DNA of 64,000 nt from an uncultured Pseudomonadota bacterium. GTDB taxonomy: Bacteria; Pseudomonadota; Gammaproteobacteria; CAJXQU01. Positions 1 through 12,635 of the stretch are shown here, in pieces (the first letter of the stretch is position 1; each line of letters starts with the position of its first letter). The DNA lies in contig CAJXQU010000001.1 in NCBI GenBank assembly GCA_913058255.1, positions 502,886-566,885 of the forward strand. Direction: 5' to 3'. Position numbers and translations under genes: made by a program. Below the pieces are notes generated by a model. The model made no database searches and was not told the DNA's origin. It saw nothing but the letters and a program-made list of their open reading frames with translations.

Positions 1-804
1 ATATCTGTTCTCATCGTGAAAGCACCACAAGCGATAGATAGTCTGCAAGACACGATCTTACCTAAAATTGCTCAATTTGCTGGTTTTGAAACGCCGACTT
101 TAGACACGAGTGCATTCAAACGAGCGATTATGGGGAATTGGCAAAGTTTCGGTGGTGCTATGGGAAGTATTTTTGAAAAGCTGACCTCATCCGGCTTAAA
201 AATTATAAATTGGTTGGCTTTCTTGGTGTTGATCCCGGTTGTCACATTTTATCTATTACGTGACTGGGACATTATGATCGCGAAAATTCATGATCTATTA
301 CCACGCAGATTGGAATCTACCGTTAACCGTTTGGCTAAAGAGTGTGATGAAGTTTTAGCTGAATTCTTCAGAGGCCAGCTATCGGTCATGATAGCTCTCG
401 CGATTATTTATACCGTTGGTTTGATGATCGTTGGCCTTGACCTCGCATTTCTGATCGGCATGATCTCTGGCTTAGTCAGTTTCGTTCCTTACTTAGGCTT
501 TATAGTTGGAATAGTTATAGCCAGTATTGCAGCATTGATGCAGTTTCAGGATGGCATTCATTTAGTATATGTCGCGATCGTATTTGGTATCGGCCAAGCA
601 TTAGAAGGTATGGTTCTATCGCCGCTGTTAGTCGGCGATCGTATTGGTCTACATCCTGTTGCGGTCATCTTTGCAGTAATGGCTGGCGGTCAGCTTTTTG
701 GCTTTGTTGGTGTACTACTAGCGTTACCTGTTGCTGCGATTATTGTGGTGATTGTGCGACACTGGCATGAACTCTATAAAGAAAGTGATTTTTATACTCC
801 ATGA
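1..804 (+). CDS. AI-2E family transporter (PerM/YhhT-like permease), 5' partial; the frame is open to the window start
   Basis: Polytopic hydrophobic protein with the C-terminal pattern typical of AI-2E/PerM permeases. Frame 1 has no stop upstream of the GTG at 16, so the gene begins outside the window. Confidence 0.6.
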   Translation: MSVLIVKAPQAIDSLQDTILPKIAQFAGFETPTLDTSAFKRAIMGNWQSFGGAMGSIFEKLTSSGLKIINWLAFLVLIPVVTFYLLRDWDIMIAKIHDLLPRRLESTVNRLAKECDEVLAEFFRGQLSVMIALAIIYTVGLMIVGLDLAFLIGMISGLVSFVPYLGFIVGIVIASIAALMQFQDGIHLVYVAIVFGIGQALEGMVLSPLLVGDRIGLHPVAVIFAVMAGGQLFGFVGVLLALPVAAIIVVIVRHWHELYKESDFYTP

Positions 805-847
805 TCAAATCATAATTGAAAAAGCAAGGCATCTATCTTTATTGATG

Positions 848-1564
848 AATATACATTCAGGCATGCAGCTACCATTAGCATTTGGTCAGACGGAAGCATT
901 TTCTTTTGAACAGTTTTTAGCTGGGGGAAGTGTCGAAGCTGTTCAAAAACTTCAAGATATAAGCTTGCAAGAAGATCACGCTACAGCGGAGACGGTTTTT
1001 CTTTGGGGAGCGGAAGGTTCTGGCAAAAGTCATCTGCTACAAGCCTTGTGTAAAGCATTGTCAGACAACGGCAAGCAATCACTTTATTTACCGCTTTTAC
1101 AAGTGCAAAAATTTACCCCACAAATACTTGAAGGTTTGGAGTCACTCCCCGTCATTTGTTTAGATGACATTGATCACATTGCCGGAGACGAAATGTGGGA
1201 GCAGGCAATATTCCACCTTTTTAATCGTATCAAAGATGCTGGGAGTTTGCTGATTATGGCGGCTAATACAGCACCACAGTCGATACAGTTTACGCTAGCT
1301 GACCTTGCATCAAGAGTGAACTGGGGCCTTATCTATCAATTACATGATCTTGACGATACTGAAAAGCTGGCAGTGTTACAAAACAGGGCAAGCGATAGAA
1401 GCTTTGAGCTACCTGATGAAGTTGGTGAATACTTGATCAAAAGATTGCCTAGAGATATGCATGGACTATGTGATTTTCTAGACAAACTTGATGTTGCAAG
1501 CCTTGCTGCAAAAAGAAAACTTACTATCCCGTTCGTTCGTGATCTAATGGAAAATAATTTATGA
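848..1564 (+). CDS. hda: DnaA regulatory inactivator Hda
   Basis: Near-collinear with the E. coli Hda sequence as recalled from memory (QLPL clamp-binding motif, GxxGSGKSHLL Walker A, LASRLxWG, RKLTIPFV C-terminus). The start is moved to an internal Met (ORF track starts at 752). Confidence 0.8.
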   Translation, partial: NIHSGMQLPLAFGQTEAFSFEQFLAGGSVEAVQKLQDISLQEDHATAETVFLWGAEGSGKSHLLQALCKALSDNGKQSLYLPLLQVQKFTPQILEGLESLPVICLDDIDHIAGDEMWEQAIFHLFNRIKDAGSLLIMAANTAPQSIQFTLADLASRVNWGLIYQLHDLDDTEKLAVLQNRASDRSFELPDEVGEYLIKRLPRDMHGLCDFLDKLDVASLAAKRKLTIPFVRDLMENNL

Positions 1565-2847
1565 AAAACTTATGTCTAAGTTTATTTATCTGTCTGTCAT
1601 TACTTCTAGATAACGTAAGTGAAGCCAAAGAAACTCGAAGTGAAGTTGCTGAAACCTTATTTTCAAATTATAAAAATTCAGTTGTACAAGTACGAATAAT
1701 TGATAAAACATCGCAATCAAAAGCATCCATAGGATCAGGTTTTTTTGTAGCGGCTGATGATATGGAAGGCGGTTACATCGTGAGTAATTTTCATGTGGTT
1801 TCTGAATGGGTTTATAAACCAGAACGATATGAAATTAAGTACTTAATGAATGACAAACGAGAAGGTGATTTAACCCTAGTCGGAATTGATGTTGTTCATG
1901 ATTTATCTTTGCTAAAGATAGATCTTAAACCACAAAGAGAATTTGGTTTTTCAAACCGAAAATTAACTCAAGGTGAACGCCTCTATTCATTTGGCAACCC
2001 TCATGATATTGGTTTATCTATTGTTGAAGGGACTTATAATGGTTACATTGAAAAATCATTATATGAAAAAATCCATTATACAGGCTCAGTTAATCCTGGT
2101 ATGAGTGGAGGTCCAGTGGTTGATCGAAACGGGAGCCTGACGGGTGTGAATGTTTCCGGTGCAGGCAATCAATTAAGTTTTCTTGTGCCGAAAGAGTATG
2201 TCAATAAACTAATCCTCAATGGAAGGAAAAATGCTGAAACGGATTTAAAATTTCTAGATGTTATTCGAGATCAGTTATTAGCCAATCAGAAAGAATATAT
2301 GCAGTTTTTTTTAAATGAGCCGCTTAATGCAGTTACGATGAACTCATATTCATTACCCGGAGAACTAGGGGATTTTATGAAGTGTTGGGGTGGTACGAAG
2401 AAGCGCGAAAAAATGCTCTACGAACAGACCTATCAAGTTTGTCGAACGGAAGATGATATCTATCTTTCATCTGGGCAGCGCTCAGGAGTGATCGAATATA
2501 AACATGAGCTATTTAAGAATAAAGGACTCGGTAAAATGCGATTTTTTTCTTTGATGGAAGGTAAGTTTTCTCATCCAGGTTCTGCGGCATTTGCTGATGA
2601 AGAAATGGTCACGGAGTATGAGTGTAAGACCGGACAAGTTGAACATGAGCAGACTAAATCAAAACTTGTTTTTTGTTTGAGAGAGTATAAAAAGTTTAGC
2701 GGCGTTTATGATGCTTGGATGGGGGCGGTTATCTTGGCTGAAAATGATGAAGTGCTACAGACAAGCTTGATGTTGTCTGGAGTCAGTTACGAGAATGCTG
2801 TGAAGTTTTCACAAGCTTATATGAAAAAAATGAGCTGGATTAAGTAA
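1561..2847 (+). CDS. Secreted trypsin-like (S1) serine peptidase with a C-terminal ~200-aa Cys-containing extension
   Basis: N-terminal signal peptide. His (SNFHVV), Asp (DLSLLKI) and Ser (GMSGGPVV) catalytic motifs in chymotrypsin-fold order. ATGA overlap with the hda stop. Confidence 0.7.
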   Translation: MKNLCLSLFICLSLLLDNVSEAKETRSEVAETLFSNYKNSVVQVRIIDKTSQSKASIGSGFFVAADDMEGGYIVSNFHVVSEWVYKPERYEIKYLMNDKREGDLTLVGIDVVHDLSLLKIDLKPQREFGFSNRKLTQGERLYSFGNPHDIGLSIVEGTYNGYIEKSLYEKIHYTGSVNPGMSGGPVVDRNGSLTGVNVSGAGNQLSFLVPKEYVNKLILNGRKNAETDLKFLDVIRDQLLANQKEYMQFFLNEPLNAVTMNSYSLPGELGDFMKCWGGTKKREKMLYEQTYQVCRTEDDIYLSSGQRSGVIEYKHELFKNKGLGKMRFFSLMEGKFSHPGSAAFADEEMVTEYECKTGQVEHEQTKSKLVFCLREYKKFSGVYDAWMGAVILAENDEVLQTSLMLSGVSYENAVKFSQAYMKKMSWIK

Positions 2848-3810
2848 TGACTGAATCGATAGCAAGTTTTGGTGTTCTTGAGGTTCTAAGTCGCAGCGGA
2901 AAAGTTATACAGCGAGCTGAACTTGATCAAAATACTCTGAGTATTGGTCGTTCCTATGAAAATGATATTATTCTTGATGACCATTATGTTTGCCCAGAGC
3001 ACCTTTCAGTTATAAAAGAAGGTGATGGGCTTCTTGTTGAAGATCTCAACAGTGTGAATGGTTTATTTCAAAATAAGTTTCATATCAATGGTGATAGGTT
3101 AAAAGTATCGCCAAATGAGACCTTTCGAATAGGTCACACTACCTTACGTTATCGATTGAGCGACATGCCGATCACAGCAACAAAAGTTGATCGACATGCT
3201 CAGAACTCTTTTTGGTCTCTACAAAACCCATGGTTAATTTGTCTTATCACTTTGATCTTTATTGGATTCTCTGGGGTAGAAGCTTTTTTTGCCCAAATGG
3301 AAGAAACTGATAATTTAAAGCTCTTATCTGAATTACTTTCCGGTCTATTTGTTGTTTTAAGCTGGGCTGGCCTTTGGGCATTGTTTGGGAAACTGATCGT
3401 TGATCGTGCTTCTTTCTTAACTCACTTTGGGATTTTTTCACTAGCCAATATTTTATTTTCATTGATCTCAATTATTCTAGGTTATCTTTTCTATGCCTTT
3501 GGTTTTGATAGCGCACTTTCCACCGTTTCTATGTTGTTAACTGCGTGTGTTTCGATCTGGTTGCTTTATACCCATTTGGGTTACAGCACAAAAATGACGA
3601 GACGATCAATGCTGACTTTTTCGGCCGTATTAACATTTCTCGGGATAGGATTTTATTTCCTACAAATGCAGGTATTGCAGTCTGAGTTTAATTACATGCC
3701 AAGCTATGATGTGATTTTGAAATCACCTGACTTTAACTTTGTTTCTGGAGAATCCGTAGATAACTTTTTTACTGCTACGGATACTCTAAAAGAACAATTA
3801 CGAGAAGAAA

Positions 3811-3824
<14 letters not shown>
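2847..3824 (+). CDS. FHA-domain protein with C-terminal multi-pass membrane region
   Basis: The N-terminal ~100 aa match the FHA fold pattern (LSIGRSxxNDIILDDxxVCPEHLSV...NSVNGLF). The C-terminal half has 4-5 hydrophobic helices. The start overlaps the stop of the upstream protease. Confidence 0.6.
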
Positions 3825-4810
<986 letters not shown>

Positions 4811-4844
4811 TTATGTTTGTTATAGGGGAAGAGCTGTTTTAAGT

Positions 4845-5192
4845 TTATAAAATATCGAGCACAGACTCAGGTGGGCGACCAATTGCAGCTTTACCATTAC
4901 TGACAACAATAGGGCGCTCGATGAGGATAGGGTTTTCAACCATCGCCTTGATCAGCTGCTCATCACTGAGGCTATCATCGGCAAGATTATTTTCGTTGTA
5001 TGCTGCTTCACCTTTACGCATCAATTCACGTGGAGCAAGGTTTAACATCGTAAGAAGGTTTTGAACGATAGCGACATCCGGTATGGTTTTTAAATATTCA
5101 ACCACTTCGGGTTCGATGCCTTTTTCCTCAAGTAGTGCTAAAGTTTGTCGAGATTTTGAACAACGAGAATTATGATAAATAGTGACGCTCAT
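4845..5192 (-). CDS. ArsC/Spx-family thioredoxin-fold protein (YffB-like arsenate reductase homologue)
   Basis: 115 aa with an N-terminal IYHNxxCSKSR motif characteristic of the ArsC family. Confidence 0.65.
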   Translation of the reverse strand: MSVTIYHNSRCSKSRQTLALLEEKGIEPEVVEYLKTIPDVAIVQNLLTMLNLAPRELMRKGEAAYNENNLADDSLSDEQLIKAMVENPILIERPIVVSNGKAAIGRPPESVLDIL

Positions 5193-5233
5193 CTTTTATG
5201 GGTTCCTGTTTTAGAGTTTGAGAATATTTTAAT

Positions 5234-6475
5234 ATGAATTTTGCTCCAGTGCAGATTATTTCAAAACTTAGTGAATTACGAGACTTTTTGATCTTTGTAA
5301 AAAAACATTTTACAGCCGATAACTGTGTTCGAACCGCAGCATCACTCTCCTACACGTCATTATTGTCGCTTGTACCTATGATGGCGGTCATGTTCTCGAC
5401 TTTAGCGGCTTTCCCTGTTTTCCAAGGTATCGAACATGATATTGAGGCTTTTATTTTTAATAACTTTGTTCCAGCATTAGGACAAACTGTTCAAACTTAT
5501 ATGCATGAGTTTAGTGAAAAAGCATCAGGTTTACGTGCGGTTGGGGTTTGTTTTCTATTCGTTACAGTGTTGGCGATGATGAATACCATTGAAGCGGCTT
5601 TTAATGCGATCTGGCGTGTACGCACAAAACGTAAACCAGCAACACGTTTCATGACATATTGGGCTATTTTAACACTAGGGCCGTTGTTGGTTGGAACAGG
5701 TTTTGTTGCGACATCTTATCTTGTGTCATTGCCTATCTTTAGCGAGGTTGATCAGACCTTAGGGCTTAAGCGTAAGTTCTTAATTTTATTTCCTTTTCTG
5801 ACGACTACACTTGCTTTTTTTGTCATTTATCGCTTGTTGCCGAATCGAGTAGTGTCGGCTAAAAGTGCCATTATTGGTGGGCTGGTGGCGGGCATTTTAT
5901 TTGAAATTGCAAAAAGATTGTTTGCTTATTACGTCGTTCATTTTCCTAGCCAGCAGGCAGTCTATGGCGCATTTGCAACGATTCCCATTTTCTTACTCTG
6001 GATTTACCTATCGTGGCTGGTCATCCTGTTCGGTGCTGAAATTACACGCTGCCATATGATTTATCATCGTTATGTGGGCAAGGTTAATGAAGGTAACCGA
6101 AATATGTTTGTAGATGCCTACCGGATTACAGGACAACTTTGGAAAGGACAGATCGCGAGTCAACCACGCACAGTATCCGATTTGCTCGTGCACGAACCAG
6201 ATATGAATGATGATCGCGTTTATGAAATATTACGTGCCTTGCGCGAAGCCGGTTGGGTACAACGTACTGAAGAGGGTGGCTGGATTTTGTTGCGAGATCT
6301 TAGTGATGAAACCTTGTTGAATTTATATCAAACATTGCCGGGAGGATTGCCGCTGTCAGGTCAAGAACTGATCAGAGAAGATGTGTGGAATCAGCGATTA
6401 TTCACGGAGCTTGGAAAAGCATTCGGAAGCTTGGAATTATCGATGAAAGCTTCGTTAAAATCACTCTACGAATAA
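5234..6475 (+). CDS. YihY/BrkB family inner-membrane protein (formerly called RNase BN) with a C-terminal soluble extension
   Basis: Six hydrophobic segments in the pattern of the YihY family (SLSYTSLLSLVP... start). The ~120-aa hydrophilic C-terminus resembles a winged-helix extension. Confidence 0.6.
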   Translation: MNFAPVQIISKLSELRDFLIFVKKHFTADNCVRTAASLSYTSLLSLVPMMAVMFSTLAAFPVFQGIEHDIEAFIFNNFVPALGQTVQTYMHEFSEKASGLRAVGVCFLFVTVLAMMNTIEAAFNAIWRVRTKRKPATRFMTYWAILTLGPLLVGTGFVATSYLVSLPIFSEVDQTLGLKRKFLILFPFLTTTLAFFVIYRLLPNRVVSAKSAIIGGLVAGILFEIAKRLFAYYVVHFPSQQAVYGAFATIPIFLLWIYLSWLVILFGAEITRCHMIYHRYVGKVNEGNRNMFVDAYRITGQLWKGQIASQPRTVSDLLVHEPDMNDDRVYEILRALREAGWVQRTEEGGWILLRDLSDETLLNLYQTLPGGLPLSGQELIREDVWNQRLFTELGKAFGSLELSMKASLKSLYE

Positions 6476-6698
6476 TAATCCGTTAGATAAAGTGATGTCC
6501 AAAAGCACATGGTTATATCCAAGTAAAAAGCTGGAATTGGAGTAACGGGGATGTGGGAATGAAGTACATTTTGTACAATGAAGAAGCTTCGGTGGATTGC
6601 CTAGCTCTACCTGTTTATGAATAGCAACTGAGTCCCGACAGCGATGGTTTGAGCTGCCGGGAGAGCTGAGGTTTAGATTGGTTGCGCGTAAAAAGGTT

Positions 6699-8408
6699 CT
6701 AGCCAAGTAACTTTTGAGTGATAAATGATCTCGCTTCAGCAGCATCAATATCGGTGCTTTCCGAATCTCGGCGGCCTTTATATTCCATTTGACCCGCATC
6801 TAATCCACGATCACTGAGCACTAAACGGTGAGGAATTCCGATCAACTCCAGATCGTTAAACATCACTCCTGGGCGCTCTTTTTTGTCGCAGAGTAGAACG
6901 TCAAAACCTGCTTGCATAAACTCAGTATAGAGCTGCTCTGCCGTTTCTTTGACCCGATCCGATTTATGTGCGTTGACGGGAACGATGGCAAGTTGGAAAG
7001 GTGCAATGGCATCAGGCCAGATAATGCCTGACTCGTCGTAGTTTTGTTCAATAGCGGAGGCCACGACACGAGAAACTCCAATGCCGTAACAGCCCATGAT
7101 CATATCGATCGCTTTTCCATTTTCGTCCAGACAGTTGGCTTTCATGCTTTTGCTGTACTTATCTCCTAGTTGAAAGATATGTCCAACTTCAATTCCTTTC
7201 GCGATCTGAATCGTCCCTTCACCATCTGGGCTGGCTTCGCCTTCTTCGATATTGCGAATATCTGCAACGATGGGTTCTGCCAGATCACGCTCCCAATTAA
7301 CGCCTGTTAAATGTTTACCATCTTCATTTGCACCACATGCAAAATCAGCGACTACGGCAGCAGAGTGATCAACCACGACAGGAATTTCAAGCCCGACAGG
7401 TCCAATGGAGCCAACAGAGCAACCAAGTGCTTGTTTGATTTTTTCAGCATCGGCAAAGCTGAAAGGTGATGAAACCTGTTCAATCTTTTCAGCTTTTATG
7501 GGATTCAACACATGGTCACCACGGATCACCAACGCGACCAGCGAATCATCTTCGCCTTCAACGATCAGTGTTTTGAGACATTGCTTAGACTCAATGGCTA
7601 AGTGTTTGCAGACTTCTTCAATGCTGTGCTGTCCGGGTGTGTCAACAGTACTCATCTCTTGAGCGGCTGTTGGACGTGGTTGATCGGGCAATGGAGCAGG
7701 GGTTAGTTCGACGTTAGATGCGTACTCACTTTCGGTACTGAAGGCGATATCATCTTCACCGGATTCAGCTAACACATGAAACTCATGAGAGGCGCTGCCA
7801 CCAATGTTACCGGTATCGGCTTCGACAGCACGGAATTTTAGACCTAGGCGAGAAAAAATACGCGAATAGGCGGCGAACATCACATCATAGGTGGCTTGTA
7901 ATGACTCCTGATCAAGGTGAAAAGAGTAGGCATCTTTCATCAAAAATTCACGTGAGCGCATGATACCGAAACGTGGACGGATCTCATCACGAAATTTAGT
8001 TTGAATTTGATAAAAGTTTGCTGGTAGCTGTTTATAGCTTCTGATCTCATTTCTGACTAAAGAAGTGATCACTTCCTCCGCCGTAGGGCCGTAGCAAAAC
8101 TCTCTATTATGTCGGTCAGAGATTCTAAGTAGCTCCGGACCATATTGCTCCCATCGACCAGACTCTTCCCATAAACCAGCGGGCTGCACAGAAGGCATCA
8201 ACAGTTCCTGAGCACCGGCGAGATCCATCTCTTCGCGAACGATCTTTTCTACTTTACGCAAAACTTTTAGGCCTAGTGGCAGCCATGAGTAAATGCCTGA
8301 GGCGGTTTGTCGGATCATTCCGGCACGTAACATAAGTTGATGACTGATGACTTCGGCATCAGCAGGAGCATCTCTAAGGGTTGGTAGTAAAAGGTTTGAT
8401 AATCGCAT
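6699..8408 (-). CDS. proS: Proline--tRNA ligase
   Basis: 569 aa, bacterial-type ProRS with insertion (editing) domain. Class II motifs and the conserved MRLSxxLLPTLRD N-terminus. Confidence 0.9.
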   Translation of the reverse strand: MRLSNLLLPTLRDAPADAEVISHQLMLRAGMIRQTASGIYSWLPLGLKVLRKVEKIVREEMDLAGAQELLMPSVQPAGLWEESGRWEQYGPELLRISDRHNREFCYGPTAEEVITSLVRNEIRSYKQLPANFYQIQTKFRDEIRPRFGIMRSREFLMKDAYSFHLDQESLQATYDVMFAAYSRIFSRLGLKFRAVEADTGNIGGSASHEFHVLAESGEDDIAFSTESEYASNVELTPAPLPDQPRPTAAQEMSTVDTPGQHSIEEVCKHLAIESKQCLKTLIVEGEDDSLVALVIRGDHVLNPIKAEKIEQVSSPFSFADAEKIKQALGCSVGSIGPVGLEIPVVVDHSAAVVADFACGANEDGKHLTGVNWERDLAEPIVADIRNIEEGEASPDGEGTIQIAKGIEVGHIFQLGDKYSKSMKANCLDENGKAIDMIMGCYGIGVSRVVASAIEQNYDESGIIWPDAIAPFQLAIVPVNAHKSDRVKETAEQLYTEFMQAGFDVLLCDKKERPGVMFNDLELIGIPHRLVLSDRGLDAGQMEYKGRRDSESTDIDAAEARSFITQKLLG

Positions 8409-8549
8409 TGTTGTATTTAGCCATGAATTCTTGAACGGCGAATTCTACAACAATTGTGGAGAACAGATAATAAGTTTTACAAGAAGTCCGATGCGAGCCT
8501 TATCACACGAGTTGACTCTATCAAGGAGAAAGCTTGATAAGGGAAGTTA

Positions 8550-9026
8550 TTAGTTGCAATGCGTGTTTAGGTTTTTTTGGTTATCTTTAATTCTTTGCTG
8601 ACGTTGTTCTTCGGATAGTTTAACGCGCTTACCCTTGGTATTCGTTTCAAAGACACGGTTTGCGATGGTAATTTGTTTGAGGTTATTTTTTAGATTAGTG
8701 CAGTATTCAGCCATTTCTTTTTGAGCGCGTGCTTCATCCTGCTTGGCCAATGCAGCATCTCGCTCTTTATCCTCTGCTATTTTACTTTTTTCCCTATCTT
8801 CATGGAGTTTGTTGATAGCCTCCTGATCAGATTGCCCGCCACGCTTTTTAATTTGTTGGCTTTCACAGTTTTTAGATGCTGATTGAGTATATTCGATCTC
8901 GCCGTTAGCCTTTACACACTTAAAGATACCCTTCGCTGAAGCTGTCGAGATTGTCGCATTGAGAAGTATCAAGCTGAATAATAAGTAGAAACCTGTCATA
9001 AGTTTGTCTGTGAGCTTAGTTTTCAT
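8550..9026 (-). CDS. Secreted DUF4124-like small protein with K/E-rich coiled C-terminal half
   Basis: Signal peptide, then a FKCVKANGEIEYTQ motif typical of DUF4124, then a highly charged low-complexity region. Confidence 0.45.
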   Translation of the reverse strand: MKTKLTDKLMTGFYLLFSLILLNATISTASAKGIFKCVKANGEIEYTQSASKNCESQQIKKRGGQSDQEAINKLHEDREKSKIAEDKERDAALAKQDEARAQKEMAEYCTNLKNNLKQITIANRVFETNTKGKRVKLSEEQRQQRIKDNQKNLNTHCN

Positions 9027-9216
9027 GAGTTATATTGGCATAAAGTAGTATAAAAATTGACTTATATATTGACCTAAGGGGCCGATTTCAGTCATTATAG
9101 GCGATTTCCCTGCGAAGCTTTTTCACGGGGACGTTTATCAATAGAAATAATAAAGCAATAATTGTTCCTTGTTGGATTAAGTTACGACGAGGCTCAAGCT
9201 GTTATGGTGAATTTAA

Positions 9217-10941
9217 GTGGGTGACAAGTTAAGAGGTGCGGAGATATTACTGAAGGCGCTGGCTGATGAGGGCGTTGAACATATCTTTGGGTATCCTGGT
9301 GGAGCTGTATTGCATATTTATGATGCAATCTTTAAACAGGATGCGGTTCAGCATATTCTTGTTCGACATGAGCAAGGTGCGACGCATGCGGCGGATGGTT
9401 ATGCGCGATCGACTGGCAAAGCGGGCGTCGTTTTGGTGACGTCTGGACCTGGTGCGACTAACTGTGTCACAGGTATTGCGACGGCTCACATGGACTCTAT
9501 CCCAATGGTCGTTTTGACAGGACAGGTTCCTAGTCATTTGATTGGTAATGACGCGTTTCAAGAAGTCGACAATGTCGGTATCACTCGTCCCTGCGTAAAA
9601 CATAATTTCATGGTTGAGCGGGTTGAAGATCTGGCGATTACGATCAAAAAGGCATTTCATGTTGCAACGACGGGTCGGCCGGGGCCTGTTGTGGTTGATA
9701 TTCCTAAGGATATTACCGCTGATGTAACTGAATACTCATACCCTAAAACAGTTGAAATGCGCTCATACAAGCCTGTTGTAAAGGGGCATCAAGGCCAGAT
9801 GAAACGTGCTGTTGAAATGCTAATGGCTGCAAAAAGGCCCATGATTTATTCAGGCGGCGGCGTGGTTATTGATAATGCAGCAGAACATCTGATTGAATTT
9901 ACTCGTACATTAGGTTTTCCAATCACTCAAACATTGATGGGGCTTGGAGCATTTCCAGCAAATGACCCACAGAATTTACAAATGTTGGGTATGCACGGAA
10001 CTTACGAAGCCAATATGGCGATGCATCAGTGCGATGTATTGATCGCGATAGGTGTTCGTTTTGATGATCGCGTGACTGGAAACTTAGAACAATTTTGCCC
10101 TAAGGCAAAAATCATTCATATTGATATTGATCCTGCTTCGATAGCGAAAAATGTTGCGGTTGATATTCCTATCGTTGGTAGCGTAACAAACGTTCTTGGC
10201 GAAATGAATAAGATGATCAAGTCCTGCCAGTTTGACCCAATGGATATGGAAAAAGATGTTTGGTGGCAGCAGATCGCCAAATGGCGGGCTGTTGATTGCA
10301 TGCACTATGATCGTACTACGGAGGTGATCAAGCCTCAGTATGTAATCGAAGAGTTAGATAAGCTCACCAATGGTGATGCCTTTATCACTTCTGATGTTGG
10401 TCAACACCAAATGTGGGCTGCACAATATTATAAGTTCAACAAGCCTCGTCGATGGATCAACTCAGGCGGGCTAGGCACAATGGGCTTTGGTGTGCCTGCA
10501 GCAATGGGTGTTCAACTTGCTCATCCTGATGAGACAGTTTGCTGTATCAGTGGTGAAGCATCGTTGGTTATGTGTATTCAAGAGCTATCGACGTGTTTGC
10601 AATACGGTTTACCGATCAAAATTATCAGCTTGAATAACCGTTATATGGGTATGGTTCGGCAGTGGCAAGAATTTTTCTATGATCGACGTTATTCTCACTC
10701 TTATCTTGATGCACTGCCTGATTTTGTTAAATTAGCTGAATCTTTTGGTCATGTTGGTATGCGTGTTGAAAAAACATCGGATGTAAGCGGAGCCTTGAAA
10801 GAAGCGTTAGCTATGAAAGATCGCCTAGTCTTAATGGATATCGTTACTGATCAAACAGAGAATGTTTATCCAATGATCTCGGCGGGTAAAGGTCATCATG
10901 AAATGGAATTGCCGGCAGGTGCGAACAGGGAGTTATCATAA
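9217..10941 (+). CDS. ilvI: Acetolactate synthase (AHAS III-like) large catalytic subunit
   Basis: TPP-enzyme signature (GYPGGAVL start and GxGxMGFGxPAAxG TPP-binding motif). 574 aa. Followed by a 164-aa IlvH-type small subunit. The GTG start is uncertain. Confidence 0.85.
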   Translation: MGDKLRGAEILLKALADEGVEHIFGYPGGAVLHIYDAIFKQDAVQHILVRHEQGATHAADGYARSTGKAGVVLVTSGPGATNCVTGIATAHMDSIPMVVLTGQVPSHLIGNDAFQEVDNVGITRPCVKHNFMVERVEDLAITIKKAFHVATTGRPGPVVVDIPKDITADVTEYSYPKTVEMRSYKPVVKGHQGQMKRAVEMLMAAKRPMIYSGGGVVIDNAAEHLIEFTRTLGFPITQTLMGLGAFPANDPQNLQMLGMHGTYEANMAMHQCDVLIAIGVRFDDRVTGNLEQFCPKAKIIHIDIDPASIAKNVAVDIPIVGSVTNVLGEMNKMIKSCQFDPMDMEKDVWWQQIAKWRAVDCMHYDRTTEVIKPQYVIEELDKLTNGDAFITSDVGQHQMWAAQYYKFNKPRRWINSGGLGTMGFGVPAAMGVQLAHPDETVCCISGEASLVMCIQELSTCLQYGLPIKIISLNNRYMGMVRQWQEFFYDRRYSHSYLDALPDFVKLAESFGHVGMRVEKTSDVSGALKEALAMKDRLVLMDIVTDQTENVYPMISAGKGHHEMELPAGANRELS

Positions 10942-11435
10942 TGCAGCGACATATAATCTCTATTTTATTGGAAAATGAAGCTGGTGCACTGTCACGTGTA
11001 GCTGGATTATTTTCTGCGCGTGCTTACAATATTGAGTCACTCACTGTTGCTCCGACAGAAGATCCAACGATGTCTCGAATGACACTCGTAACGAATGGGA
11101 CGGCTGAGACAGTCGAACAGATCCAAAAACAGTTAAATAAGCTGATCGACGTGATCAAATTGGCTGATCTGAACGAAGTTCGACATATTGAACGTGAGCT
11201 CATGTTAGTTAAAACAAAAGCCAGTGGTGACAGTCGGGAAGAAGTAAAACGACTGGTGGATATTTTTCGTGGCCGGATCATCGATGTGACCGATGCGACT
11301 TATACCATTGAGATAACTGGTACAGGTAAAAAACTCGATGCTTTGTTAGAAGCATTGGATAAAAAAGAAATTATAGAAGTGGTGCGCACGGGAGTCACCG
11401 GCATTGCCCGTGGCGAAAACGCACTGCATCTTTAA
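10941..11435 (+). CDS. ilvH: Acetolactate synthase small regulatory subunit (ACT domain)
   Basis: 164 aa, starts MxRHIISxLLENEAGALSRV as in IlvH. ATGA-type coupling to ilvI. Confidence 0.85.
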   Translation: MQRHIISILLENEAGALSRVAGLFSARAYNIESLTVAPTEDPTMSRMTLVTNGTAETVEQIQKQLNKLIDVIKLADLNEVRHIERELMLVKTKASGDSREEVKRLVDIFRGRIIDVTDATYTIEITGTGKKLDALLEALDKKEIIEVVRTGVTGIARGENALHL

Positions 11436-11454
11436 GCCCTCCAATCACAATTAA

Positions 11455-12480
<1,026 letters not shown>

Positions 12481-12497
12481 TTAGCTAAAGTAGTTTC

Positions 12498-12530
12498 CCG
12501 AGCCTCATATCATTGAGGTTCGGTATTTTA
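12498..12530 (+). terminator. Rho-independent terminator after ilvC
   Basis: 10-bp stem CCGAGCCUCA / UGAGGUUCGG (one G-U), 6-nt loop, followed by UAUUUUA. Confidence 0.6.
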
Positions 12531-12635
12531 AGTGTGCTCGTTTCCTAATCAGAAAAACTCAGTCCTATATTTATTACTTGAAAATAATGTTGTGTTGCGG
12601 AATTATAGGTAGTGTTTACTCATTTGTGATTTTCA

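Noticed and set aside
752-847. ORF-track 5' extension of hda overlapping the AI-2E transporter gene
   Set aside because: Similarity to E. coli Hda starts at the internal Met, so the extension is most likely not translated.
3259-3471. 70-aa minus-strand ORF inside the FHA-protein gene
   Set aside because: A short antisense ORF with no RBS context or conservation signal.
6461-6799. 112-aa minus-strand ORF spanning the yihY 3' end / proS 3' end
   Set aside because: It overlaps the ends of two confident genes and the convergent intergenic hairpin, and its composition is not protein-like.
9247-9660. 137-aa minus-strand ORF antisense to ilvI
   Set aside because: Antisense to a confidently identified conserved gene, R-rich and low-complexity.
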